A program made the position numbers and the translations under genes. Shown here in pieces: positions 32,266 to 41,565 of a stretch of 64,000 nucleotides of DNA. The notes below the pieces were generated by a model. That model saw only the letters and a program-made list of their open reading frames with translations, was not told the origin of the DNA and did no database searches. The first letter of the stretch is position 1. Every line of letters starts with the position of its first letter. The DNA lies in NCBI GenBank assembly GCA_963708025.1, contig CAVPSB010000031.1, positions 224,001 to 288,000 of the forward strand, written 5' to 3'. Source of the stretch: an uncultured Candidatus Rokubacteria bacterium (GTDB taxonomy: Bacteria > Methylomirabilota > Methylomirabilia > Rokubacteriales > DASRDR01).

Positions 32266-32972
32266 ATCCCGGGCCGATCGATCGCCTGTGGGTCGCCCTG
32301 GACGTGGCGGGCCTGGCCGAGGCCGAGGCGCTTCTCGACCGCCTCGGCGGCGTCGTGTCGGCCTTCAAGATCGGCTCCCAGCTTTTCACGGCGGCCGGGC
32401 CGGCCGCGGTCGAGCTCGTCCGGAAGCGCGGCGGGCGGGTCTTCCTCGATCTCAAGTACCACGATATCCCGGTCATCGCCGCGGGCGCCGTGCGGGAGGC
32501 GGCCCGGCTCGGCGTCACGCTGCTGACCGTCCACACCTCGGGCGGGAGCGCCATGCTCCGGGCCGCCGTGGCGGCCGCCGCCGACGCCGGACGGGAGCGC
32601 CCCCGCATCCTCGGGGTCACCGTGCTGACCAGCCTCGACCGCGCCACGCTCCAGCGGGAGCTGCAGGTCCCGGTCTCGGTCGAGGGGCAGGCGGTACACC
32701 TGGCCGATCTGGCCCGGGAGGCGGGCTGTGACGGGGTGGTCGCGTCGCCCCGGGAGGCGCGCCGCCTCCGGATGACGCTGGGGCCCGGCATGCTGATCGT
32801 CACGCCGGGCATCCGCCCGATCGGCGCCGACGCCGGGGATCAGGCGCGGGTAGCGACGCCGCCGGCCGCCCGCCGGGCCGGCGCCGACGCGATCGTCGTC
32901 GGCCGCCCCATCACCGGGGCGGCCGATCCGGCGCGGGCAGCCGAGGCGATCCTCCGGGAGCTCGGCGAATGA
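32262..32972 (+). CDS. pyrF: Orotidine-5'-phosphate decarboxylase
   Basis: [25 protein letters not shown] and VVGRPI motifs. Confidence 0.95.
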   Translation: MNPGPIDRLWVALDVAGLAEAEALLDRLGGVVSAFKIGSQLFTAAGPAAVELVRKRGGRVFLDLKYHDIPVIAAGAVREAARLGVTLLTVHTSGGSAMLRAAVAAAADAGRERPRILGVTVLTSLDRATLQRELQVPVSVEGQAVHLADLAREAGCDGVVASPREARRLRMTLGPGMLIVTPGIRPIGADAGDQARVATPPAARRAGADAIVVGRPITGAADPARAAEAILRELGE

Positions 32973-33017
32973 GACACCCTGTGTCAACCCTCTCGTTCCG
33001 CCGACCTCGTACACCGT

Positions 33018-33115
33018 GGGGAGGGCGGGGCGCCTCCCCTCCCCCCGGCCAAAGGCCGCAGGCCGTCGAACTGGTCGGGGGGGGTCGCCAAAGGCCGCAG
33101 GCCGTCGACGGGTCG
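33018..33115. repeat. Variant REP-like family A element with an internal direct repeat
   Basis: CCCCTCCCCCCGGCC followed by GCCAAAGGCCGCAGGCCGTCGA twice. Confidence 0.55.
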
Positions 33116-33139
33116 GGGTGGACCCAAGTGAACGGGACG

Positions 33140-33742
33140 ATGGACCAGGCCGCCTTGATCCGCCGGCTCTACGACATCGGGGCGATCCGGTTCGGCGAGT
33201 TCGTTCTGAAGTCCGGCATCACCTCTCCGTTCTACATCGACCTCCGCGTCGTGATCTCGTATCCCCCCGTCCTGGCGGAGATCGGGTCCCGCCTGGCCGC
33301 CGAGGTCGGCCGGTACCGGGCCGACCGGATCGCCGGGATCCCCTATGCCGGGCTGCCCCTGGCCGTGGCGGCCAGCCTGGCCGGCGGCGTCCCCCTCGTG
33401 TACCCCCGCCGCGAGGCCAAGGGCTACGGGACGAAGCGCCAGGTCGAGGGGATCTTCGAGGCCGGCGAGCACGTCGTCGTCATCGACGACATGGTCACCG
33501 ACGGGACCAGCAAGCTCGAGGCGATCGCGCCCCTGGAGGCGGCGGGCCTGATCGTCCGGGACCTGGTGGTGCTGATCGACCGCGAGCAGGGCGGGCGCGA
33601 GCGCCTGGCGGCCCGGGGATACGCGCTCCACCCGCTGGTGACGATCTCGGAGTGCTTCGACGAGCTGGAGCGAGGGGCGCTGGTCGAGCCGGGCGTCGTC
33701 CAGGCGGCCCGCCGGTTCGTGCAGGCCACCCGCTTCGCCTGA
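33140..33742 (+). CDS. pyrE: Orotate phosphoribosyltransferase
   Basis: [17 protein letters not shown] and the [15 protein letters not shown] motif. Confidence 0.92.
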   Translation: MDQAALIRRLYDIGAIRFGEFVLKSGITSPFYIDLRVVISYPPVLAEIGSRLAAEVGRYRADRIAGIPYAGLPLAVAASLAGGVPLVYPRREAKGYGTKRQVEGIFEAGEHVVVIDDMVTDGTSKLEAIAPLEAAGLIVRDLVVLIDREQGGRERLAARGYALHPLVTISECFDELERGALVEPGVVQAARRFVQATRFA

Positions 33743-33751
33743 TCCCTGGCC

Positions 33752-34576
33752 CTACCCCCGCGCCTGGTACTCCGGGCGCCAGCGGAGAAGCCGCGCCTCC
33801 ACCTGCCGGATCCCGACCGCCAGCGCGATCCCGGTAACGGCCAGGACGATCAGCGCGACCATCATGTCGGCGGCGTTCAGCGTGCCGAGCGACGCGATGA
33901 TCAGGTAGCCGATCCCGCCCCCCGACTCGCCGCCGATGAACTCGCCGATCACCACCCCGATCAGCGCGAAGGACACCGAGGGCGTCAGCGAGGCGAAGGT
34001 CCACGCCAGGGCCGATGGCACGACCACCGTCCACATGATCTGCCGCTCGGACGCGCCCAGGAAGCGGGCCGAGTTGATCAGGTCCGGGTCCACTCCGCGG
34101 GCCCCCTGGAAGGTGTTGAAGAACACGATGAAGAAGACGATGAGCCAGGCCAGCACCACCTTGGCGGCCAGCCCGAAGCCGAAGATCATGGTGACCAGCG
34201 GGACGAGCGCGATCCGCGGCAGCGAGTTCACGGCCACGATGTAGGGCTCCAGGATGAGCGCCAGGCGGTCGTTCCGCCCCAGGACGAGCCCGGCCACGAA
34301 TCCCGTGGACACCCCCGCCGCGAAGCCGAGCGCGGTGGACTGGAGCGTCGAGAGCAACAGCTCCCACAGCGGCACCCGCACCGCCGGAGAGTTGAGGTGC
34401 CAGAACCGGCTCCAGATGGCCGAGGGGCGGCTGATGAAGAAGGGGTCGATGAAATAGACGGTGCGAGACACCGACTTGGTGATGGCCGGGTGGGTCAGGC
34501 CTTCCCACAGGCCGAAGAACACCACCAGGATGCTGGCCCGCCAGATCTGGATCCGGGACCGCTCGGTCAGCTTCAC
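33752..34576 (-). CDS. ABC transporter permease (NitT/TauT family)
   Basis: NSLPRIAL and SARFLGAS EAA-type motif; TM helices. Confidence 0.9.
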   Translation of the reverse strand: MKLTERSRIQIWRASILVVFFGLWEGLTHPAITKSVSRTVYFIDPFFISRPSAIWSRFWHLNSPAVRVPLWELLLSTLQSTALGFAAGVSTGFVAGLVLGRNDRLALILEPYIVAVNSLPRIALVPLVTMIFGFGLAAKVVLAWLIVFFIVFFNTFQGARGVDPDLINSARFLGASERQIMWTVVVPSALAWTFASLTPSVSFALIGVVIGEFIGGESGGGIGYLIIASLGTLNAADMMVALIVLAVTGIALAVGIRQVEARLLRWRPEYQARG

Positions 34577-34592
34577 CAGAGCCCCCGACGGA

Positions 34593-35381
34593 TCACGACT
34601 CGGCGTCGGCCCTGGCGAATTCCTCGCCGAGGACGTGCCACAGGCTGCTGAACTCGCGCGCGTACTCCTCCGTCTCGCGGATCCGGATGACGTCGCGCGG
34701 CCGCGGCAGCTTCACCTCGTGGACGAGCTTCACCCGGCCCGGCCGGCTGGTCAGCACGATGACCCGATCGGAGAGCGTGATGGCCTCGGCCAGATCGTGG
34801 GTGACGAAGATCACCGTCTGGCGCTTGGCCACCCAGAGGGAGAGGAGCTGGCCCTGGAGCCGGAGCTTCGTGTGGGTGTCCAGGGCGCCGAAGGGCTCGT
34901 CCATCAGGAGGATCTCGGGCTCCACGACGAGCGTCCGCATGAGGGCCACCCGTTGCCGCATCCCACCCGACAGGGTGGCCGGATAGGCGTCCTCGAAGCC
35001 CTCCAGCCCGACGAGCCGGATCGCCGCCGTCACGCGCCGCTCCCGCTCGGAAGCCGCGATGCCCCGGTACTCGAGGCCGAGGCCGATGTTTCGCCTGACC
35101 GTCCGCCAGGGAAGGACCGTGTCCTTCTGGAAGACGTAGCCGACCTGCGGCGGCACCCCAGAGTACGGGTGGCCGTCGAGGCGGATCTCGCCCGCCGATG
35201 GCGGGATCAGGCCGGCGATCATGTTGAGCACCGTGGACTTGCCGCACCCGGAGGGACCAACCAGGGCGACGAACTCCTTGTCGCGGACGTCGAAGGACAC
35301 CGAGGCAACCGCGGGCACGTCGCGGCCGCCTCCGGTGAACGTCTTGCCGAGGCTCTCGACCTCGACCCGGGACGGGGTCAG
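34593..35381 (-). CDS. ABC transporter ATP-binding protein (NitT/TauT family); start probably CTG at 35381
   Basis: GPSGCGKST, LSGGMRQR and LLMDEPF motifs; the N-terminal strand (RVEVESLGKTF) lies upstream of the ORF-track GTG at 35318. Confidence 0.9.
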   Translation of the reverse strand: MTPSRVEVESLGKTFTGGGRDVPAVASVSFDVRDKEFVALVGPSGCGKSTVLNMIAGLIPPSAGEIRLDGHPYSGVPPQVGYVFQKDTVLPWRTVRRNIGLGLEYRGIAASERERRVTAAIRLVGLEGFEDAYPATLSGGMRQRVALMRTLVVEPEILLMDEPFGALDTHTKLRLQGQLLSLWVAKRQTVIFVTHDLAEAITLSDRVIVLTSRPGRVKLVHEVKLPRPRDVIRIRETEEYAREFSSLWHVLGEEFARADAES

Positions 35382-35383
35382 GC

Positions 35384-36475
35384 TTACCCCTTCTGGTGGG
35401 CCTTGCGGACGAACGACATGTCAGCGACCTGGGCGAAGGGGATCTCCTTGTCGAGGGTTTTCGTCGCCAGGAAGATCTTCAAGGCCTCGTTGTACTCCTT
35501 CTCGTCGACCAGGAAGTCCCAGTCGAAGATGCCCTTGTAGTAGCGGATCGACTTGAGGACCTCCTCGCGGGAGAAGGTGTCCATGTACGGCCTGTAGAGC
35601 AGCTCCAGGATCTCCGTGTCACTCGCCTTCTGGATCCACTTCTGCGCACGGTAGCAGGCGGTCACGTAGCCCTGGACCGCGTCGGGCGCCTTCTCGATAG
35701 TCTCCTTCAGGCAGTAGCCGACGGTGACGGGGAGGGGACCACCGAAGACCTGGTTCCAGGTCTTCTCGTCCAGGATGTTGTAGATCGTCTTCCCGAAGCC
35801 CTGGTCCTCGGCCGCCCACAGCCACTCCGGCACCGCCATGATCCCGTCGAACTTCCCGGCCTTGAGGCCACCCAGCATCGTGGTGGAGGCGCCGCCCCCG
35901 ACCCACTCGACCGCGCCGTTCAGTGGCCGGCCGTCGGGCGACCGGTACTGCTCGAGCACGTAGTTGCCGTAGACGTAGGTGCCGGAGCCGATGGCGGTGG
36001 CGGCGATCACCCACTTGCTGCCGCCCGGCTTCTTCATCGTCCCGAGCTTCTCCACGGTGGTGAGCCCGGCGTCGTACAGCTCCTTCCGGATCACGATATT
36101 CGCGTACGAGCACCGGGTGTCGGTCGCGAACAGGATGACGGCGTCCTTGCCCTTTTCCGAGATCTTCAGCGGGTGATTGGAGTCGCCGAGGGCGAACATC
36201 ACCTGGCCGGCGGCCAGGGCCTGGACCACCTTGGCGCCGCCGCCGGGCACGATGAAGCCCTTGTCCGGGGTAACCCCCTCCTCCTCGAACAGCTTCTTCT
36301 CCCTGGCCACGAGGTGCTGCGCGTAGACGAAGGTCGAGACGCTGTGGGACGCGGTGATGGAGCGGGGGGCCCGGGTCTGCGCGGCGACGGAGCTGGAAAG
36401 GGTCGCTGCCGCGCCGAGCGCGCCCGCGGCGACCAGGAACTCCCGGCGAGTGTGATCACGGGGGAGCGTCGGCAT
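35384..36475 (-). CDS. ABC transporter substrate-binding protein (NitT/TauT family), Tat signal
   Basis: TRREFL twin-arginine signal, GGAGG RBS, in an operon with the ATPase and permease. Confidence 0.88.
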   Translation of the reverse strand: MPTLPRDHTRREFLVAAGALGAAATLSSSVAAQTRAPRSITASHSVSTFVYAQHLVAREKKLFEEEGVTPDKGFIVPGGGAKVVQALAAGQVMFALGDSNHPLKISEKGKDAVILFATDTRCSYANIVIRKELYDAGLTTVEKLGTMKKPGGSKWVIAATAIGSGTYVYGNYVLEQYRSPDGRPLNGAVEWVGGGASTTMLGGLKAGKFDGIMAVPEWLWAAEDQGFGKTIYNILDEKTWNQVFGGPLPVTVGYCLKETIEKAPDAVQGYVTACYRAQKWIQKASDTEILELLYRPYMDTFSREEVLKSIRYYKGIFDWDFLVDEKEYNEALKIFLATKTLDKEIPFAQVADMSFVRKAHQKG

Positions 36476-36560
36476 GAATCCTCCTGTGCGAAGCGCGCGG
36501 GCGCAGCGCGATCGCGGGCCGAAGCGCGCCAAACGCGGACAAGCCGGCGAAATCGGGAGG

Positions 36561-36590
36561 ACTATACCCGCCGGGCGGCGGCCCTGTCAA
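36561..36590 (-). promoter_or_regulatory. Putative promoter of the ABC operon
   Basis: Minus strand TTGACA-N18-TATAGT. Confidence 0.6.
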
Positions 36591-36657
36591 CGGCCGCCGG
36601 CCGGCGTCCGGGGCGATGGAGCCGGGTAACTTCCTGGAAGGACTCGGGAATCAGGAC

Positions 36658-36983
36658 CAACGCCTCTGAATCAGTGCCGGCGCCCTCAGTTCCACCGGCC
36701 CGGAGCGCGCCGAGGGCGGCGTCTAGCGCAACGCCTCTGAATCAGTGCCGGCGCCCTCAGTTCCACCGGCCCGGAGCGCGCCGAGGGCGGCGTCTCGCGC
36801 AACGCCTCTGAATCAGTGCCGGCGCCCTCAGTTCCACCTGGCCCGGAGCGCGCCGAGGGCGGCGTCTCGCGCAACGCCTCTGAATCAGTGCCGGCGCCCT
36901 CAGTTCCACCTGGCCCGGAGCGCGCCGAGGGCGGCGTCTCGCGCAACGCCGCTGAATCAGTGCCGGCGCCCTCAGTTCCACCG
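36658..36983. repeat. Non-coding tandem repeat, 71/72 bp x ~4.5
   Basis: Units start at 36658, 36729, 36800, 36872 and 36944 (partial): CAACGCCTCTGAATCAGTGCCGGCGCCCTCAGTTCCACC(T)GGCCCGGAGCGCGCCGAGGGCGGCGTCT[AC]GCG. Confidence 0.95.
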
Positions 36984-37062
36984 CTGTCGGCTTCCCGCAA
37001 CCCTCTGAGTGTGGCCACGCGGTCGCGGTCTCCGAGGGGGCTTCCGAGACCCTCCGCTGTTC

Positions 37063-37341
37063 CTAGCCGCGGGCGCGGCGACTCTCGGTCACGTGGCTCC
37101 CCAGCCCGAGCCGCTGGTGAAGAAGCTCGACCAGGTCGTCGGGGAGGACCTCCGTGGCGCCCAGGCAGTACTGGCAGATCATCCGGACGTGACCCGTCCA
37201 GAAATCCGACCAGAGGCCGATCTTGTGGAACATCTCGACCGACTTGGTGGGCGGGTCCCACGACAGGAGATAGAGATGGCAGCTCGGACATACGTAGTGG
37301 GTGGGGCGGAACCGCGATGGTTTGGAGGCATCGGGACCCAT
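37063..37341 (-). CDS. Small putative zinc-ribbon protein (92 aa)
   Basis: GGAGGGA RBS; CPSC...CQYC cysteine pairs. Confidence 0.6.
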   Translation of the reverse strand: MGPDASKPSRFRPTHYVCPSCHLYLLSWDPPTKSVEMFHKIGLWSDFWTGHVRMICQYCLGATEVLPDDLVELLHQRLGLGSHVTESRRARG

Positions 37342-37558
37342 GCTGGACTCCCTCCTGCCCGGGCTATCCTCGACCGGGCGCAGCGCACGCGGGCCACTCA
37401 AACGATCGCAAAGAGCGTAGAACTGTCAACGCTTGTCTGTCAATAATAAACATCGGAGGCGGCCGCGGGCACCCTCCCCGACCGGCTCCGGCCGTGTCTC
37501 GTCCAGGAGTGAGCTCCATCTCCTCGTCATTTCGAGAGTTCCGCCGCTTTCGCGCGCG

Positions 37559-37588
37559 TTGACACCGTCGGGAGGCATCGGCTAGCAT
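37559..37588 (+). promoter_or_regulatory. Putative promoter of the yicC-gmk operon
   Basis: TTGACA-N18-TAGCAT, 12 nt before the ATG. Confidence 0.55.
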
Positions 37589-37600
37589 GGGAAAATCGCA

Positions 37601-38485
37601 ATGGGCCTGATTGCCAGCATGACGGGGTACGGCCGCGCGGAGGCGCGAGGCGCGCGGCTGGCGGTCGTCGTCGAGGCCCGCTCGCTCAACCATCGCTTCC
37701 TCGAGATCGGCGTCAAGCTCCCGCGGGCGCTCTCCGGGCACGAGACCGGCCTCCGCCAGCTCGTCCAGGGACGCGTCGCCAGGGGGCGTCTGGACGTGTC
37801 GGTCGTCGTCCGGCGCATCGCCGGAAGCCAGAACGTCGTCCGGACCGATCTCGCGCTCGGCGCGGACTACGTCCGGGCGGCCCGGGCCCTCGCCGACGCG
37901 CTCGGGCTCCCGGGTGACCTCCCCGTTGCGGATCTGCTGCGGCTGCCCGGCGTGGTGGCGGTCGAGGAGGCGGAGGACGAGGAGGGAGAGAGCGCCGTCC
38001 TGCTGAAGGAGGCCGCCGGGCAGGCGCTCGGCGAGCTGGTCCGGATGCGGCAGACCGAGGGCGCGGCGCTCTCGGCCGACCTCGGCGGTCACCTGGGGAC
38101 GCTCGAGGGCTGGGCGGCGGGCCTGGCCGGGGTGCTGCCGGTTGTGCTCCGGCGCATCCAGGAGCGCCTCCGGGCTCGGATCCGCGCGCTGCTCGAGGAG
38201 GCGCCGGCGGATCCGGCCCGGATCGTCCAGGAGGCCGCCATGCTGGCCGCTCGGAGCGATGTCGCCGAGGAGCTGGCCCGGCTCACGTCACATTGCGGCC
38301 AGCTTCGCGCGCTGCTGGTGGGCGGCGGCCCGGTCGGCCGCCAGCTCGACTTCCTACTGCAGGAGATGCATCGCGAGGTGAACACGATCGCCTCGAAGGC
38401 CGATGACCAGGAGATGGTGGCCCGGGTCCTGGAGGCCCGCACCGTCGTCGAACGCCTCCGCGAGCAGGCTCAGAATGTCGAGTGA
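37601..38485 (+). CDS. yicC: YicC/YloC family endoribonuclease
   Basis: SMTGYG, RSLNHRFLE, GRQLDFLLQEMHREVNT and REQAQNVE motifs. Confidence 0.93.
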   Translation: MGLIASMTGYGRAEARGARLAVVVEARSLNHRFLEIGVKLPRALSGHETGLRQLVQGRVARGRLDVSVVVRRIAGSQNVVRTDLALGADYVRAARALADALGLPGDLPVADLLRLPGVVAVEEAEDEEGESAVLLKEAAGQALGELVRMRQTEGAALSADLGGHLGTLEGWAAGLAGVLPVVLRRIQERLRARIRALLEEAPADPARIVQEAAMLAARSDVAEELARLTSHCGQLRALLVGGGPVGRQLDFLLQEMHREVNTIASKADDQEMVARVLEARTVVERLREQAQNVE

Positions 38486-38543
38486 CGGCTGCGTTGCCCC
38501 CGCCGCGAGGAGCCGACCCCCGGCGGCCGGCCCGGGCGCGTAG

Positions 38544-39200
38544 GTGTCTGGCCGGCGCGGCATGCTCATCGTGGTCTCGGCGCCCTCGGGCGCCGGGAAG
38601 ACCTCGCTGTGCCACGAGATTCGGAAGGTGGTCGCCAACCTCGGCTACTCGGTCTCCCACACGACCCGCCCGCCGCGACCCGGGGAGGTCGAGGGGCACG
38701 ACTTCTACTTCGTCGCCGAGCCGGTCTTCCGGGCGATGGCCGAAGGGGGGCAGTTCGCCGAGTGGGCGCGGGTGCACGGCAACCTGTACGGCACCACGGC
38801 GCGCGCCCTGGAGGACGCGATCGAGCGGGGGGAGGACATTCTCCTCGACATCGACACCCAGGGGGCCCGCCAGCTCCGCAGCCGGTACCCACAGGGACTC
38901 TACGTGTTCGTGGTGGCGCCGTCCCTGAAGGATCTGGAGCTGCGCCTGCGTGAGCGGAAGTCCGATGCGCCCCAGGAGATCCAGCGACGGCTGGCGCGGG
39001 CCGTCGAGGAAATCGCGGCGTGGCGGGAGTATGATTACCTCATCGTCAACCGGCACCTGGACGAGGCGGTGCGACAGCTCGCCTGCATCATCGAGGCCGA
39101 GCGCTGTCGCACCTCCCGGCTGGCGCTGATGCTGCCCGACTTGCCGGCAGCCGGCGGAGAGCCGAAGACGGAGTCGACCGATCAAGGAGGCGTGCACTGA
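38544..39200 (+). CDS. gmk: Guanylate kinase
   Basis: SAPSGAGKTS, SHTTRPPRPGE and YGT motifs. Confidence 0.95.
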   Translation: MSGRRGMLIVVSAPSGAGKTSLCHEIRKVVANLGYSVSHTTRPPRPGEVEGHDFYFVAEPVFRAMAEGGQFAEWARVHGNLYGTTARALEDAIERGEDILLDIDTQGARQLRSRYPQGLYVFVVAPSLKDLELRLRERKSDAPQEIQRRLARAVEEIAAWREYDYLIVNRHLDEAVRQLACIIEAERCRTSRLALMLPDLPAAGGEPKTESTDQGGVH

Positions 39201-39433
39201 TGTCGTTCCCCGCTCTCGAAAAGGCTCTGGAGCGAATCTCGAACCGGTACCTGCTCGTGGTGCTGACCGCCAAGCGGGCCCGGCAGCTCAACCGCGGCGC
39301 GAATCCGCAGGTCGAGAGCAAGCGCAAGAAGTGGACGAGCGTGGCCCTGGAAGAGGTGATCGCCGGCAAGGTCCATCCCAAGCGTCCGGAGGACGAGGTG
39401 AAGCCAGAGACGCCGGCTCCGACCGGCGCCTAG
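39200..39433 (+). CDS. rpoZ: RNA polymerase omega subunit
   Basis: NRYLLV..AKRARQL..ALEEV, in the usual position after gmk. Confidence 0.92.
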   Translation: MSFPALEKALERISNRYLLVVLTAKRARQLNRGANPQVESKRKKWTSVALEEVIAGKVHPKRPEDEVKPETPAPTGA

Positions 39434-39450
39434 GGCCGGGCCGATACCCT

Positions 39451-39540
39451 TCGCATCGCGTCGTCCTCGGTCGTCGCCGATCCTCGGCGTACTCGGAGTA
39501 CGCCTGCGGTCGGCGACTCCCTGCGTCCTAGCGCTGCTCG
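39451..39540. repeat. 90-bp palindromic intergenic repeat (family B), copy 2
   Basis: 88/90 identical to 26090-26179; enclosed by GGGCCGGGCCGA/TCGGCCCGGCCC arms. Confidence 0.85.
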
Positions 39541-39594
39541 GGTCTCGGCCCGGCCCACCCGGGTTCAGTAGCCAGGCGGTCAGGAGTTCGTAGG

Positions 39595-40824
39595 GTGGCT
39601 GTGTTGACCGGGCGGGAGGTGGTTCTCGGCGTCACCGGGAGCATCGCCGCCTACAAGGCCGCCTACCTGCTGCGCGAGCTGCGCCGCCTGGGCGCCGGCG
39701 TCACCGTCGTGATGACCGCGCACGCCCGGGAGTTCGTGACGCCGCTCACCTTTCGAACGCTCTCCGGCCGGCCGGTCCTCTCGGATCTGTTCGATCCCGG
39801 GGAGCCGGCCGCGGTCGAGCACGTGGCCCTGGCCGAGCGGGCGGAGCTGATCGTGGTCGCCCCCGCCACCGCCAGCGCGCTGGCCCGGGCGGCGCTCGGG
39901 CTCGCCGACGATTTCCTCGGGACCGTGCTCCTGGCCGCCCGGGCGCCGGTGCTGTTCGCGCCGGCCATGGACGGCGAGATGTGGCACCATCCCTCCGTGC
40001 AGGGACACGTGGCCACCCTCCGCGCCCGTGGCGTCACCGTGATGGACCCCGGCCTCGGCGAGCTGGCGTCGGGGCTGTCGGGCGTCGGCCGGTTTCCCGA
40101 GATCGTCGACATCGTGGAGGCCGCGGCCGCGCTCGTCTGGCCCAAACGTGATTTCGAGGGCGATCACGTCCTGGTCACCGCCGGCCCCACGCGGGAGCCG
40201 ATCGATCCGGTCCGTTACATCTCCAACCGCTCCTCGGGCCGCATGGGCTACGCCCTCGCCACGCTGGCCGTCCGGCGCGGCGCCCAGGTGACCCTGGTGA
40301 CGGGCCCGACCGGGCTCGCCGCACCGCCGGGCGTGCGGGTGATCCCGGTCCAGACGGCGGAGGAGATGCGGGAGGCGACGCTGCACGCCCTCGGCGCCGC
40401 CACGGTGGTGATCAAGGCGGCCGCGGTCGCCGACTACCGGCCGGCGGCGCCGGCGAGCGCCAAGATCCGCTCGAGGCAGGACGGGCTCGCCCTCGCTCTC
40501 ACGCCCACCCCGGACATCCTGAAGGAGATCGGCCGTACGAAGGGCCAGCGGTTCGTCGTGGGCTTCGCGGCCGAGACGGGCGACCTGGCCCGGAGCGCCC
40601 GCGCCAAGCTCGAGGCGAAGGGCGTGGATCTCATGGTGGCCAACGACGTGAGCCGGCGGGACATCGGGTTCGACGTCGAGGAGAACCAAGTGGTCATGCT
40701 GGATCGCTGGGGGGGCGTGGTCGAGCTGCCGCGCCGGCCGAAGCTCGAGATCGCCGACGCCATTCTCGACCGCGTCCAGACGTTGCGACGGGCGGCGAGC
40801 ACCGCCCGCGTGACGGTGTCGTGA
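39595..40824 (+). CDS. coaBC: Phosphopantothenoylcysteine decarboxylase/ligase
   Basis: GVTGSIAAYK, TAGPTREPIDPVRYISNRSSG and GFAAET motifs. Confidence 0.95.
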   Translation: MAVLTGREVVLGVTGSIAAYKAAYLLRELRRLGAGVTVVMTAHAREFVTPLTFRTLSGRPVLSDLFDPGEPAAVEHVALAERAELIVVAPATASALARAALGLADDFLGTVLLAARAPVLFAPAMDGEMWHHPSVQGHVATLRARGVTVMDPGLGELASGLSGVGRFPEIVDIVEAAAALVWPKRDFEGDHVLVTAGPTREPIDPVRYISNRSSGRMGYALATLAVRRGAQVTLVTGPTGLAAPPGVRVIPVQTAEEMREATLHALGAATVVIKAAAVADYRPAAPASAKIRSRQDGLALALTPTPDILKEIGRTKGQRFVVGFAAETGDLARSARAKLEAKGVDLMVANDVSRRDIGFDVEENQVVMLDRWGGVVELPRRPKLEIADAILDRVQTLRRAASTARVTVS

Positions 40825-41516
40825 GCGAGGCGGCCCGGCTCCTCGCCGAGGCGGCGCGCGGCCTGGCCGATCACCTCCGGTTCCAGCAGGCCCTCGGCCT
40901 GCGGGAGCTCCCCTTGACGCAGGACTACCTGGCCGGGCCCGATGTCGCGCTCCGGCGCGTCCAGAGCGCGATCGCCGGCTGCACCCGCTGCAAGCTCTCC
41001 AAAGGCCGGACCACCATCGTCTTCGGCAGCGGCGCTCCCGGCGCCCGTCTCGTCTTCATCGGGGAGGGGCCCGGCGAGGAGGAGGACCGGCAGGGTCTGC
41101 CCTTCGTCGGCCGGGCGGGGCAGAAGCTCACCGAGATGCTCGCCGCGGTCGGGATCACGCGCGACGAGGTCTACATCTGCAACATCGTGAAGTGCCGGCC
41201 CCCCGGGAACCGGAATCCGGAGTCGGACGAGATCGCGTCCTGTGCCCCATTCCTCGCCGGCCAGCTCGCCGCGATCCGCCCCGGCGTCATCGCGGCGCTG
41301 GGGACGTTCGCCGCCCAGACGCTTCTCAAATCGAAGGAGCCGATCAGCCGCCTGCGCGGTCGACTTCACGAATACGGCGCGGCCGTCGTCGTGCCGACGT
41401 TCCACCCGGCCTTCATCATCCGCAACCCGGGGCTGGAATACCGGAAGCAGGCCTTCGAGGACATGAAGCTGATCCGCCGGGAGTACGACCGGGTCCGCGG
41501 GGTCGCCGCAGGGTGA
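40821..41516 (+). CDS. Uracil-DNA glycosylase family 4
   Basis: CxxC, GEGPG, PFVGRAG, KCRPPGNR and TFHPA motifs. Confidence 0.92.
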   Translation: MSEAARLLAEAARGLADHLRFQQALGLRELPLTQDYLAGPDVALRRVQSAIAGCTRCKLSKGRTTIVFGSGAPGARLVFIGEGPGEEEDRQGLPFVGRAGQKLTEMLAAVGITRDEVYICNIVKCRPPGNRNPESDEIASCAPFLAGQLAAIRPGVIAALGTFAAQTLLKSKEPISRLRGRLHEYGAAVVVPTFHPAFIIRNPGLEYRKQAFEDMKLIRREYDRVRGVAAG

Positions 41517-41565
41517 AGGACAGGCAATCGGTCCCTCCGGCTCGGGGTGGGCGGGAGGTCCCGAG

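Noticed and set aside
27913-32972. 1450-aa CarB and 1113-aa PyrF as fusion proteins
   Set aside because: The upstream parts are out-of-frame overlaps of carA and carB; the true starts are 29053 and 32262.
36658-36983. CRISPR array
   Set aside because: The would-be spacers are essentially identical to each other and there are no cas genes in the window; it is a tandem repeat.
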